64,000 nucleotides of DNA from an uncultured Candidatus Saccharibacteria bacterium (GCA_964493895.1 CAZBPY010000003.1:15176-79175); one strand, 5' to 3'. Shown: positions 9,548-19,313, numbered from the stretch's first letter. Notes: generated by a model not told the origin, from the letters alone. Made by a program: numbers and translations.

Positions 9548-10060
9548 CTATTTCTTAAGCCCTATTTTCTTCTGTCTAATTTTCTTGAGTCCCAGCAAAA
9601 TAATCTTGCCAATATCATCATACTCTATTTTATCAAGCGCTTCTCTAGCTGGGAACCATTTTATATCATTCATCCAGTCTTCTTTGACTAGTTTCTGGTC
9701 AGCCGGATCAGCGTGAACCAGATAAATGTCCTGGGTGATCAACACTAAGCTGTTTTGCCGGCGATACTGGAAATTGATTTTCCCCAGCCAATCGTACATG
9801 GTGACCTTTTTCAGGCCGGTTTCTTCTTTAACTTCGCGTTCGGCGGTCTGTTTGGGTGTTTCTCCTTCTTCCATGTGACCTTTGGGAATTGTCCAGCGGT
9901 CACGAGCATCCTGAATTAGCAAGATGTCTATCTCGTCAGTACCCGGCCGGCGTCGAAAAATGACACCACCGGCGGTTGGTTCACGCAGGACCTCTTTGAT
10001 AGCCGGGCTGCGGCGCTGAGCAAACTTGCGAAACCGGTCAATTGGCTTTGGTCTTTTCAT
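9548..10060 (-). CDS. NUDIX hydrolase
   Basis: Nudix box [24 protein letters not shown]. Confidence 0.92.
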   Translation of the reverse strand: MKRPKPIDRFRKFAQRRSPAIKEVLREPTAGGVIFRRRPGTDEIDILLIQDARDRWTIPKGHMEEGETPKQTAEREVKEETGLKKVTMYDWLGKINFQYRRQNSLVLITQDIYLVHADPADQKLVKEDWMNDIKWFPAREALDKIEYDDIGKIILLGLKKIRQKKIGLKK

Positions 10061-10490
10061 TCTTTTCCTTCTGTTGTCTGAGCAGTGACCCTAACACTCC
10101 ATTGATGAATTTTGAAGAGTTATCGCCGCCAAAGGCTTTGGCCAGCTCCACCGCTTCATTGATCACCACCTTGTCAGGAGTGTCCGTCTCGTAAAGAAGC
10201 TCGTAAGCTCCTATTCGAAGAACCAGGCGGTCCATCCGGGCAATCTGGTCCAGAGGCCACTCCGGCGCCAACGGCTGTAACACCTTATCAATATCAGATA
10301 CATGGGAATCCACACCTTTGACTAGCTGACGGACAAAAGCGGTGTCTTTCAGGGTCTTGTGATAGCGCTGGATATTTTTCTTGGTCACCTGGTCAAGATC
10401 AAAAGCCTTATCACCACTTGTGGTTCGAAACTCTTGCTCGAACAAGGTTTGCAGTGCGACGATGCGACCAAGATGCCTGTTTGCGCTCAT
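10038..10490 (-). CDS. nusB: Transcription antitermination factor NusB
   Basis: [22 protein letters not shown]. Confidence 0.96.
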   Translation of the reverse strand: MSANRHLGRIVALQTLFEQEFRTTSGDKAFDLDQVTKKNIQRYHKTLKDTAFVRQLVKGVDSHVSDIDKVLQPLAPEWPLDQIARMDRLVLRIGAYELLYETDTPDKVVINEAVELAKAFGGDNSSKFINGVLGSLLRQQKEKNEKTKAN

Positions 10491-10572
10491 TGTTAAATTC
10501 CTATCTACCTGATATCCGGGTAATTTGGGAAGTTATTACTAGTATAGCAGGCTTCACCAAGCCCGGCGTGGC

Positions 10573-10743
10573 TTATTTTACAGACTTGGCAGCCTTCTGG
10601 CTGGCCTTCTTACCTGACTCCCGACGAGTTGTATAAGCCTTGACTGGTGATTGAGCATTCACCGCCCGAGCCAGCTTGACCACCAGGTGACTGCGGCGAG
10701 CCCCTGTTCGGCGCGGAGTGGTTCGTTTCTTGGGCTGTCCCAT
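10573..10743 (-). CDS. rpmF: 50S ribosomal protein L32 (56 aa, no Cys; absent from ORF track)
   Basis: Manual translation MGQPKKRTTPRRTGARRSHLVVKLARAVNAQSPVKAYTTRRESGKKASQKAAKSVK; upstream of nusB-rnc. Confidence 0.85.
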   Translation of the reverse strand: MGQPKKRTTPRRTGARRSHLVVKLARAVNAQSPVKAYTTRRESGKKASQKAAKSVK

Positions 10744-10818
10744 AAAAAATAATCCCTTTCCTTAAATTTCTAAATCCTTGAAACCTAGTCTACCACTAAA
10801 TCACCCCTGTTTCAAGAG

Positions 10819-13728
10819 CTAGCCAACTACGATGTTGAGAATCTTGTCCGGCACGTAAATGACCTTTTTAATGTCTTTGCCGGCAAGGTGCTTACTGACT
10901 TTTTTGTCATTTTTAGCCGCCTCTTCGGCAACCGCCTGATCGCTGCCAGCCGGAAGTTCCAATTGAGCCCGGACTTTACCGTTAATTTGCACCACCACTG
11001 TCACCACGTCGCTAACAAGATATTTCTCGTCCCACTTGGGCCAGTGGCCAACATGAACTGAATCCTCATGGCCTAGCTGGTGCCACAACTCTTCGGCAAT
11101 AAACGGGGCAAACGGAGCCGCGCACATAACGGTTTTTTCCAGACAATCGCGCCAGACTTTGGACTTAGCAATTCCAGCCTCGCCCTTCAGTTTGTAAAAG
11201 TCATTAACCACTGTCATCAGAGCCGAAATTGCCGTGTTATAGCGTTGTTCGTTAATGTCGTCAGTGACCTTATGAATCATTTTGTTTGTAGCTACCAGAA
11301 GCTGCTTCTCTAGGTCTCGGTCAACTTCTTTCTCGAGGGCATCATTAAATTCTTGGACAAGATTCCACAACCGCGACAGAAATCGGAATGTACCCGGCAC
11401 ACCCTGGGGGTCCCAATTGGTACCCAGCTCTAATGGTGCAGCAAACATCAGGTAGGTGCGTAAAGCGTCAGCCCCATACCCTTGATCGATGATCTCTAGC
11501 GGATCAGCCCCGATACCCTTTGATTTGGAAAATGCGCTGCCATCACTAGCTGTAACTTTGCCATTAAACAGGAATTTCTTGAAGGGCTCGGGATCATTAA
11601 TCAAGCCTCGCTTATGGAAAAAACGGGTTACAAACCGAGCATACAACATATGGGCCGTGGCGTGATCAGCTCCATTATAGAAATCCAGGGGCATCCATTT
11701 GTTGACGCGTTTAATGTCGAAGGCTTGTTTGTCATTGTGCGGATCAAAGTAACGCAGCATGTACCAGCTACTGCAAATATAGGTATCTAGGGTATCGGTT
11801 TCTCGTTCAGCCGGGCCGCCGCATTTTGGACATTTAACTTTCAGCCAGTCCTTAGCCCTTGCCAAGGCGCTGCGTCCATCACCGCTCGGCTTGAAATCAG
11901 TCAATTCAGGCAATATAACTGGCAGGTCTTCATCAGGCACCAACACCGGTCCGTCTTTCGGGCAGTTGATAATTGGGATAGGTGCCCCCCAGTATCTTTG
12001 GCGAGATACGCTCCAGTCACGCATCCGATAGTTAGTTACCGATTTAGCTACGCCCTTTAGTTCCAAATCAGACACAATTTTTTCTCTCGCCTCGGAGGCT
12101 TCCATACCGTCATACTCACCAGAATTTATTAATTCACCCTCTCCTTCAATCGATGTGGTTTCTTGTAGCAAGCTCCAGATCATCTTCTGATTGCTTGGCG
12201 TCAAACGATTCATCACCTCAGATTCATCGACCCACACTAAAGAATGTAACTTCTGTTCCCCTTCGTCAATTTTTTCTTGTTGGTCTAAGTTCTCGACAGT
12301 CGCTAATAACCCGTGGCTAATGCTTTTTCGATTCTGATTTTTATGTGAAGCATTGTAGCGAGCGCTAGTAACCCAAGGAGATTGCTTGATAATTTTGACA
12401 TGTTTAAGGCCGGCTTCTTCTTCAATTTCCATGCGTGCCGCATCCTCAGGCGTTTGGCCCTCCTCGATACCTCCCATGATGGCTGTGGTTATTCCTTCCA
12501 GTGTTCCATGCCAATCTAAAATTGCATACTTCCCAGTTGACTCATCACGCAGATGAACAACAACTGTCTGTCTTTCAACCTCTTCTAGACCTGGGGCTGG
12601 TGGATTTGAAGCATCAGGCGCACTTGGCATGACAACTTGTCGCATTGGCAGATCATATTTCTGAGCGAATTCGAAGTCGCGTTCGTCGTGGGCCGGGACG
12701 GCCATAATTGCGCCAGTTCCGTAACTGAGCAAGACATAATCAGCAATCCAGATAGGAATTTTTTCCTGATTGGCCGGATTGATAGCGTAGGCGCCGGTGA
12801 ACACGCCGGTCTTTTCTTTGGCTGCTTGCCTCTCCACTTCGGTTTTCTTAGCCGTGGACTTGATGTAGTCGTCAACTTCTTTTCTGCGCTCATCCGTTGT
12901 AATCTTGGCAACGATGTCGTGTTCGGGGGCGACAACCATAAAGGTAGCTCCAAACAGGGTGTCCGGCCGGGTGGTAAAGACGGTCAAGATCTCGTCGTGG
13001 CCATCGATCTTAAAGTCAATTTCGGCACCCTGGCTACGTCCAATCCAATTCTTCTGAGCCAGCTTGACGCTTTCTGTCCAATCCAGATCGTCAATAGCCT
13101 CTAGCAGCTCGTCGGCGTAATCCGTGATTTTGAAAAACCACTGCTTGACCTCTTTCTTCTCGACCAGCGGATCATCCGGCCCATCATGCCGCCAACATTT
13201 GCCGTCAATAACCTGCTCATTAGCCAACACCGTCTGGCACTTGGTACACCACCACTGCATCCGAGCATCCTGATAAGCCAGCCCGGCTCGATACATTTCA
13301 GAAAAGATCCATTGTGTCCATTTGTAGTAATCCGGTTGGTGGGTAGCAATTTCTTTGGACCAGTCATTGCTCCAGCCCATGGCCTTATACTGTTTGTGAT
13401 AATTCGGAATAATCTGAGCCATTGATTCTTGCGGCGAAATCCCAGCTTTGATGGCGTAATTCTCAGCCGGCAGACCAAAGCTATCCCAGCCCACCGGGTG
13501 ATAACTTTCATAACCCTGCTGCCTCTTGAACCGAGCCAGTACGTCGCTGATGGTGTAGTTCATGGCGTGGCCGATATGAATGCCAGCCCCGCTGGGGTAA
13601 TTGAACATGCTCATAGCAATAAACTTCGGCCTATCCGAATCTAGATCAGCCTTATAAGTTTGATGTTCATCCCAGTATTTCTGCCACTTCGGTTCAATGG
13701 CTTTTGGATCATAGCGTTTCATCGCCAT
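10819..13728 (-). CDS. leuS: Leucine--tRNA ligase with internal NUDIX-like insertion (start may be 13722)
   Basis: HIGH, GWDSFGLPAEN, FTTRPDT, GTGAIMAVPAHD, DWSVSRQRYWG, VQINGKVR; KMSKS appears as AFSKS. Confidence 0.97.
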   Translation of the reverse strand: MAMKRYDPKAIEPKWQKYWDEHQTYKADLDSDRPKFIAMSMFNYPSGAGIHIGHAMNYTISDVLARFKRQQGYESYHPVGWDSFGLPAENYAIKAGISPQESMAQIIPNYHKQYKAMGWSNDWSKEIATHQPDYYKWTQWIFSEMYRAGLAYQDARMQWWCTKCQTVLANEQVIDGKCWRHDGPDDPLVEKKEVKQWFFKITDYADELLEAIDDLDWTESVKLAQKNWIGRSQGAEIDFKIDGHDEILTVFTTRPDTLFGATFMVVAPEHDIVAKITTDERRKEVDDYIKSTAKKTEVERQAAKEKTGVFTGAYAINPANQEKIPIWIADYVLLSYGTGAIMAVPAHDERDFEFAQKYDLPMRQVVMPSAPDASNPPAPGLEEVERQTVVVHLRDESTGKYAILDWHGTLEGITTAIMGGIEEGQTPEDAARMEIEEEAGLKHVKIIKQSPWVTSARYNASHKNQNRKSISHGLLATVENLDQQEKIDEGEQKLHSLVWVDESEVMNRLTPSNQKMIWSLLQETTSIEGEGELINSGEYDGMEASEAREKIVSDLELKGVAKSVTNYRMRDWSVSRQRYWGAPIPIINCPKDGPVLVPDEDLPVILPELTDFKPSGDGRSALARAKDWLKVKCPKCGGPAERETDTLDTYICSSWYMLRYFDPHNDKQAFDIKRVNKWMPLDFYNGADHATAHMLYARFVTRFFHKRGLINDPEPFKKFLFNGKVTASDGSAFSKSKGIGADPLEIIDQGYGADALRTYLMFAAPLELGTNWDPQGVPGTFRFLSRLWNLVQEFNDALEKEVDRDLEKQLLVATNKMIHKVTDDINEQRYNTAISALMTVVNDFYKLKGEAGIAKSKVWRDCLEKTVMCAAPFAPFIAEELWHQLGHEDSVHVGHWPKWDEKYLVSDVVTVVVQINGKVRAQLELPAGSDQAVAEEAAKNDKKVSKHLAGKDIKKVIYVPDKILNIVVG

Positions 13729-13763
13729 CTATTATAACAGAGGTGGCCCAGGAGTAAACCCCA

Positions 13764-14513
13764 TCAAACTTTGGGAAAAATATGCAAAGCCTGACCGGTC
13801 ATGCGTTCAGCAAACTGCTTAGCCGGCTGTGAGTAGTACAAAGGTGTTCCAGGGTCACGGGCCGTTTGGATGTCTTGTTGGACTGCGGCATCACCTTCAT
13901 ACCTGAACATTGCATGGGTGTCAGTATCAATGTATTCAACTCGGTCAGTTTCATCATCAATATCAAACACCAAAACACTATGGGTATTAAGGCCAGCTCG
14001 TCCATCGACAATCGAAGGGATAAAAATGCTAACTGCCGATAATCCGTGCTGTCTAGTGGTGTATTTCAGCGCCTCGATCCATCGATTCTTATCCTTGCCG
14101 CCAAATTCGCCTAGCTGAAGTAAAATGTTTCTCTCGTTATCGGTTGTGACTCGTCGAGAATTGGTGCTCTGCTGAAGATCCGTAGAGTTTATATCGTATT
14201 GCAAATTCTGTGAAACTACGGGATGGCCAGCAAAGCGCAGTGTATCGGCTAAGGATGTTGCGACCCAACCAAGCCCTTCGGCATAGTATCCCTTTTCTTC
14301 ATGACCAGGACCGAAGGTATCGAGAAAACCTACAAGACCATCAAGACTTACATCGGCAGATTCATCAAGCATCAATCGGGCTACAGATACGCATTGCAGC
14401 AAACAAGCTCTGCCAAGCCTAAACTCGCGTTCTTTATCAATAATTTCGCCCATCAGCAGTTGCTGGGGGACTCTGAGTAGGTCATGATGTGTTGGATGGT
14501 GCATGTCTGCCAA
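13764..14513 (-). CDS. Hypothetical protein, possible C39-like papain-fold cysteine peptidase
   Basis: GRACLLQCVS (Cys), LGW..L, HSVLVFDID (His), VEYIDTD (Asp), in the order seen in C39-like peptidases. Confidence 0.45.
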   Translation of the reverse strand: MADMHHPTHHDLLRVPQQLLMGEIIDKEREFRLGRACLLQCVSVARLMLDESADVSLDGLVGFLDTFGPGHEEKGYYAEGLGWVATSLADTLRFAGHPVVSQNLQYDINSTDLQQSTNSRRVTTDNERNILLQLGEFGGKDKNRWIEALKYTTRQHGLSAVSIFIPSIVDGRAGLNTHSVLVFDIDDETDRVEYIDTDTHAMFRYEGDAAVQQDIQTARDPGTPLYYSQPAKQFAERMTGQALHIFPKV

Positions 14514-15782
14514 CTACCTTGAGAAGTTTTGTTTCTTTTTAGCTAGCCAATCTGGGCTTTGACGAACAAGCAGTTTGACATCCTCTGGATCAGCCAGGAG
14601 CGGTTTGATGGCTTCTTCAGCGTAAACATTGTTTTGCGAGCCTTTGATCAACACCACCGCCCCGGTTTTTAAGTGTCTTTTTATAACTTCGCCGGCATCG
14701 TGCGGGTTTTCAGCCTTGATAACTTGACAGCCCTTAGCTTGAGCTGCCGCCGCTGTAAATTTATTGGCATCCGGACCCAGTGTGACCACTAAATCAAGCT
14801 GCTTAGGCTCGCAGTAATCACCGATATTTTTATGAGCTTGCTGAGACATATCGCCGAGTTCATTCATATTACCCAGCAAAGCAATTTTTTGTGGTGCCTT
14901 CATCTGATACAAACTATCTAGGGCTGACATGACTGCTGTCGGGCTGGCATTATAGCTCTCGTCAATAATCAGCGAATCCTTGATGCCTTTTAGGCGTTGC
15001 ATTCGGCCACTGACCGGTTGGATTTTGGCTATACCGTCGGTAATCGTTTGCTTGTTAAGCCCCAGTAGGTCAGCTACAGCGCTGGCGGCGGCCGCAGAGT
15101 ACAATTCACTTTTGGCAACGGCTTCCATAACAGCCGAGATCCACGGTTTACCAGACTTTTCGATGTCGAACCGGGCCGAGGCCACCGCAAACTGCGGCCG
15201 CCGCAGCCGATAATTACCGGCCGACTCACCATAGAAAATAGCCTTTAGATTCTTTGGTAGGTATTTCTTATCACACAAGTCTTGGTTGACAATCACTTGC
15301 TTGGAAAAATCGGCTACCGCAAATTCTTCTTCAGCCACTGCTGACATGGTCTGGAAAAATTCCATGTGTTCGGGAGTTATGGCCGTCACCACAGCCATGT
15401 CCAACTTTAAATACTTTTTAAATTGAGTGATCTGCCCGGGCCCATCAGTACCCAGTTCAACCACCACCACGTCGAAAGGATAGCGGCCTAATAGCTGAAG
15501 CTCAATTCTTAGAAAAACCCACAGCCAAGCCAACGGATTGAGTAGTGATGGCATATTAAGGCCAAAAAACACTAGCGGCACACTGACCGGGTCATTGTAG
15601 TTGCCGGCCTGAAATCGAACCCGCTGCGCCTGTCCTAAAACTGTAGCTATAGCAAACTTGGTGCTGGTCTTGCCGATGCTGCCAACGACGCCAACAATCT
15701 TGAACGAACGCTTGGCCCGCAATCGGCGAACCTGCCACCCCAAGATACTTACGACAAAGCGACGGGCCAGATTTTTCATCAC
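14514..15782 (-). CDS. murF: Mur ligase, MurF-like
   Basis: GSIGKTSTK P-loop, VVELG, DESYNASP, LGNMNELG, LIKGS. Confidence 0.88.
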   Translation of the reverse strand: MMKNLARRFVVSILGWQVRRLRAKRSFKIVGVVGSIGKTSTKFAIATVLGQAQRVRFQAGNYNDPVSVPLVFFGLNMPSLLNPLAWLWVFLRIELQLLGRYPFDVVVVELGTDGPGQITQFKKYLKLDMAVVTAITPEHMEFFQTMSAVAEEEFAVADFSKQVIVNQDLCDKKYLPKNLKAIFYGESAGNYRLRRPQFAVASARFDIEKSGKPWISAVMEAVAKSELYSAAAASAVADLLGLNKQTITDGIAKIQPVSGRMQRLKGIKDSLIIDESYNASPTAVMSALDSLYQMKAPQKIALLGNMNELGDMSQQAHKNIGDYCEPKQLDLVVTLGPDANKFTAAAAQAKGCQVIKAENPHDAGEVIKRHLKTGAVVLIKGSQNNVYAEEAIKPLLADPEDVKLLVRQSPDWLAKKKQNFSR

Positions 15783-15787
15783 AACTC

Positions 15788-16699
15788 CTAGTTTCCCGTC
15801 GGCGTAAAGATTTTCTGGATCTGTAGTTCAAGCTGTTCACGCATTAGGTTGGTGTCCGGAACTTCAACCGGCACCTGTGCTCCATAGCCGAAATACTTCT
15901 CTGTTCTGGCAGAGCCACCAAAAGTTATCTCAAGAACCTGTCGACTATTAATGCCGCTAACGATGGTTAGCTGGGCAGGATCAAGTCCAGCGTATTGGTC
16001 AGGATCAACAGCACTCATTTGCTTTAGCCCCATCCACTCGTCAATTTTTTTCAGTGCTTCGATGTAGCTTTTCAGATTAACATTCACTTTATATTCATAA
16101 GCCTGCTTGCCAGCCCGCTCAACGACTTTGGCGCCGCGGTAATCAACATCATAAACTTTGTTGTCCTTCATAAACTGCAGTAATTCTTGCTGTTGAGCCG
16201 AAGTCAGATTAGCAAATGGCACCGATGAAAAAACTGTTTCAGCAAAGACACTTTGATTTTGTCCAAAACCTTGAACTAGATTCTCCCGGCTCCAGACATT
16301 TTGAATAGACGAAATATCTGGCCGATTAGCAGTCTGGATATCAGTATAACGAGCAAAGTTATTGTCCGGCGTCCCGATGATTTCAGTTAATACTTTTGTC
16401 TCACCGTTAGCCGATGGCTGAGTAATTGTTGTAATCCCCCGAGCCACATTATTCTGCCCCAGCGATAATTGAATAGTCTGATCAAGTTCAGTCTGACCGG
16501 TGGTCTGCTTGATCTGCCGGGTTACCCCTTGTGTCCGCAGACTAGTCGCTACACTATCCCAAAAAACCTTGTAGGGATTGCGGTGAATAAATGAGTACCA
16601 CATCCAAACCCCGCCTACTAAAATCAAAGTTCCAAGAATACACAGCCAAACTATCGCCAACTTCCGGCCATCCATAGGAACATCTTTAACGCGTGCCAT
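15788..16699 (-). CDS. Hypothetical membrane-anchored exported protein
   Basis: Single N-terminal TM helix then a beta-rich domain; ATG 8 nt after TATAAT. Confidence 0.7.
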   Translation of the reverse strand: MARVKDVPMDGRKLAIVWLCILGTLILVGGVWMWYSFIHRNPYKVFWDSVATSLRTQGVTRQIKQTTGQTELDQTIQLSLGQNNVARGITTITQPSANGETKVLTEIIGTPDNNFARYTDIQTANRPDISSIQNVWSRENLVQGFGQNQSVFAETVFSSVPFANLTSAQQQELLQFMKDNKVYDVDYRGAKVVERAGKQAYEYKVNVNLKSYIEALKKIDEWMGLKQMSAVDPDQYAGLDPAQLTIVSGINSRQVLEITFGGSARTEKYFGYGAQVPVEVPDTNLMREQLELQIQKIFTPTGN

Positions 16700-16781
16700 T
16701 GACACCTATTATAACACTGGCGAGCTGACTCAAACACCCCTGGAAATTTCATTCTCACTCCTGTAGAATAGGCAATGCTAA

Positions 16782-16858
16782 GGGGTATTAGCTCAGTTGG
16801 CTAGAGCGCTTCGCTGGCAGCGAAGAGGTCAGCGGTTCGAGTCCGCTATACTCCACCA
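16782..16858 (+). tRNA. tRNA-Ala(GGC)
   Basis: GGGGTAT/ATACTCC acceptor with G3:U70; anticodon arm CTTCG-CTGGCAG-CGAAG; TTCGA; CCA. Confidence 0.97.
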
Positions 16859-17001
16859 TTTTGATCGATAATTTTTTGATAGCAAGCTATACACAGGTGT
16901 AGCTTTTTTACTTTTTCGTCTTCGTCTGGTGGACTCAATAAAATACCACCGAATTCGGTTAATTCTTGTTTGCAGAAATCACAGTGTGGTTTGATAGCCA
17001 T
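16846..17001 (-). CDS. 51-aa Zn-finger microprotein (CxxC...CxxC); absent from ORF track
   Basis: Manual translation MAIKPHCDFCKQELTEFGGILLSPPDEDEKVKKLHLCIACYQKIIDQNGGV; last codons are antisense to the tRNA-Ala 3' end. Confidence 0.75.
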   Translation of the reverse strand: MAIKPHCDFCKQELTEFGGILLSPPDEDEKVKKLHLCIACYQKIIDQNGGV

Positions 17002-17011
17002 AATAAATTGC

Positions 17012-17099
17012 GAAAATCGTGCGCGCCCACCCGGCGACGGGTAATTTTATGTTTAGTGGTTTTTGTTTTACACGTCGCGTTTTTGCGCACGATCCTCCT
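17012..17099 (-). ncRNA. Candidate structured leader or small RNA
   Basis: 9-bp closing stem ATCGTGCGC/GCGCACGAT, inner hairpin ACCCG-TCGC-CGGGT, competing GCGACG/CGTCGC pairing; starts just after a sigma70-like promoter. Confidence 0.45.
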
Positions 17100-17106
17100 G
17101 AATACA

Positions 17107-17135
17107 ATTAAACGCTTATGTTTAGTATATGTCAA
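17107..17135 (-). promoter_or_regulatory. Sigma70-type promoter
   Basis: TTGACA, 17-nt spacer, TTTAAT. Confidence 0.65.
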
Positions 17136-17288
17136 CTTGCAGTCGATTATTTGCGGCTCAATCTATCAACGCTACCATAGTTGCCATAGTGGTAGTTGCA
17201 AAGTGATACACTTTTTGTGTATAGAGTGTATCAAAATATTTATCACTGATTTTAGACGTATAGCCGCCAAAACATCTATAGCGCCATG

Positions 17289-19313
17289 TCAACTTAGAAA
17301 ACCAAGGAGTTGCCGTTCGTCAATTTGTTTGACGCCGAGTTTATCGGCTTTGGCTAGCTTGCTGGAGCCGACATTGTTGCCAACTACTAAGTAGTCAGTC
17401 TCTTTTCCGACAGATGATTGAAAGGTGCCGCCTAAGGCACGGATCTTTTCGGCAGCTTCTTCTCGCTGCATTGAGTCCAGACTGCCGGTGATAACAAAGG
17501 ATTTGCCGGACAATTTGCCGCCAACCTGTTTTACCTCCTGGGGGTGAACTCCGAGTTTAGCGAACTGTTGCAAAATCTTCTGGTTAGCCGGATCAGCGAA
17601 CCACGCCACAACGGCTTCAGCAACCACTTCGCCAACTCCTTCAACAGCAGCTAGATCATCAATTTCAGCGGCTGCAATTGCCTCCAGGCTGCGGAAATGA
17701 TTGGCCAAATCAATAGCAGTTTGAGTGCCGACATGACGAATACCAAGTCCGTATAAGAACCGTGCCAGGGTTGGGCTTTTCTTAGTTTGGATAGCATCTA
17801 CTAGTTTGCGGGCTGAGACTTCGGCGAATCGTTCCAGTTTTTCAACTTGTTCGGCCTTTAGTCTGTAGATATCGGGCGTCTCGCGGATTAGTCCGGCGTC
17901 CAGTAGGGCGATAACGTTTTTCTCGCCCAAGCCTTCGATGTCCAGAGCACTTTTGCTGGCAAAATGCTGGATGCGTTTGTAAACCCGCGAGGGACACTGG
18001 TTGTTGGGGCAGCGCCAGACAGCCTCGTCGGCTTTGAGCTTAGACAGTCGCGTGCCGCATTCCGGACAGGTGCTGGGGAATTTGAAGGGTTTGGCTGACT
18101 TTGGACGAAGCTTTTCGACGACCTCAACAACTTCAGGAATAATGTCACCGGCTTTTTGGATGATAACCGTATCGCCAACTCGGATATCTTTGCGAGCCAC
18201 TTCGCTTTCATTGTGCAGCGTGGCCATCTGGACGGTTGAGCCAGCCACTACCACTGGTTCGAGCATGGCGACCGGGGTGGCCGCGCCGGTGCGGCCGATG
18301 GAGATAAAGATGTCTTTGACGGTAGTTGTGGCTTGCTCGGCCGGATATTTGTAAGCGATCGCACCGCGCGGCGCTTTGCCAGCTATTCCTAGACGAGCAT
18401 AAACCTGGCGATCATTAACCTTAACTACCAGGCCATCGGTACCATAGGGCAATTTGTGGCGTTTCTCTTCCCACTGGTCGGCGTATTTTTTGACTTCGGA
18501 GATGGTTTTTAGGACCGGAGCTTGCTTGTTAACCAAAAAACCAAGCTGGCTGGCTACTTTGTAGGTGTCGGCATAAGTCGGCAAATCATCCGGGTTGTCG
18601 CGCAGGACATCATAAGCTCGAAAATGCAGCGGCCGCTGAGCTACCAGCTTCGGATCGAGCTGCCTGATGGTTCCAGCAGCTGTATTACGGGGGTTGGCAA
18701 ACAGCGGCAGGCCCTGAGCCTGGCGGTTTTTGTTTAGTTTTTCAAAATCCTTTTTATACATGACAATTTCACCGCGGATTTCAGTTCGGCCAATCAGAAA
18801 CTTTTCATAACCTTTGTGTTTGTGCAGCCGCAATGGCACCGAATCCAGAGTGCGAACATTAACCGTAACATCCTCGCCAATGAAACCATCGCCGCGAGTC
18901 ACCGCTCGGGACAATAAACCGTCTTCGTACACCAACGCACAGGCAAAACCGTCCATTTTTAGATCGACGAAATATTCGATTTTAGAATCCGGAGCCAATT
19001 TAGTTATGCGAGCCGCCCAAGCTTCTAGCTCAGCCTGGTCAAAAGCATCGTTTAAACTCAACATTCGACTAGTGTGCCTGGCCGAAGCAAACTTACCCAA
19101 AGCTTTGCCGGCCACTCGTTGAGTTGGTGAATCCGGAGTTACTAGGTCCGGATATTGCTCCTCCAGTTGAGACAGTTCGTGCTTGAGCGAGTCGGCCGCC
19201 GCCTCGCTCATTATCGAGCGATCGTTGACGTGGTATTCATAGCGATACTCGTTTATGGCTTCTTTAAGGCGCGCCACCCGCTCGGCGGCGGCCGACCGGT
19301 CAAGCTTTTTCAC
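17289..19313 (-). CDS. ligA: NAD-dependent DNA ligase
   Basis: KMDG adenylation motif, TRGDG, NPRNTAAG, Zn finger, HhH, BRCT. Confidence 0.98.
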   Translation of the reverse strand: MKKLDRSAAAERVARLKEAINEYRYEYHVNDRSIMSEAAADSLKHELSQLEEQYPDLVTPDSPTQRVAGKALGKFASARHTSRMLSLNDAFDQAELEAWAARITKLAPDSKIEYFVDLKMDGFACALVYEDGLLSRAVTRGDGFIGEDVTVNVRTLDSVPLRLHKHKGYEKFLIGRTEIRGEIVMYKKDFEKLNKNRQAQGLPLFANPRNTAAGTIRQLDPKLVAQRPLHFRAYDVLRDNPDDLPTYADTYKVASQLGFLVNKQAPVLKTISEVKKYADQWEEKRHKLPYGTDGLVVKVNDRQVYARLGIAGKAPRGAIAYKYPAEQATTTVKDIFISIGRTGAATPVAMLEPVVVAGSTVQMATLHNESEVARKDIRVGDTVIIQKAGDIIPEVVEVVEKLRPKSAKPFKFPSTCPECGTRLSKLKADEAVWRCPNNQCPSRVYKRIQHFASKSALDIEGLGEKNVIALLDAGLIRETPDIYRLKAEQVEKLERFAEVSARKLVDAIQTKKSPTLARFLYGLGIRHVGTQTAIDLANHFRSLEAIAAAEIDDLAAVEGVGEVVAEAVVAWFADPANQKILQQFAKLGVHPQEVKQVGGKLSGKSFVITGSLDSMQREEAAEKIRALGGTFQSSVGKETDYLVVGNNVGSSKLAKADKLGVKQIDERQLLGFLS

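Noticed and set aside
16966-17394. 142-aa plus-strand ORF
   Set aside because: No motif; overlaps ligA, a promoter and the Zn-finger ORF on the other strand.
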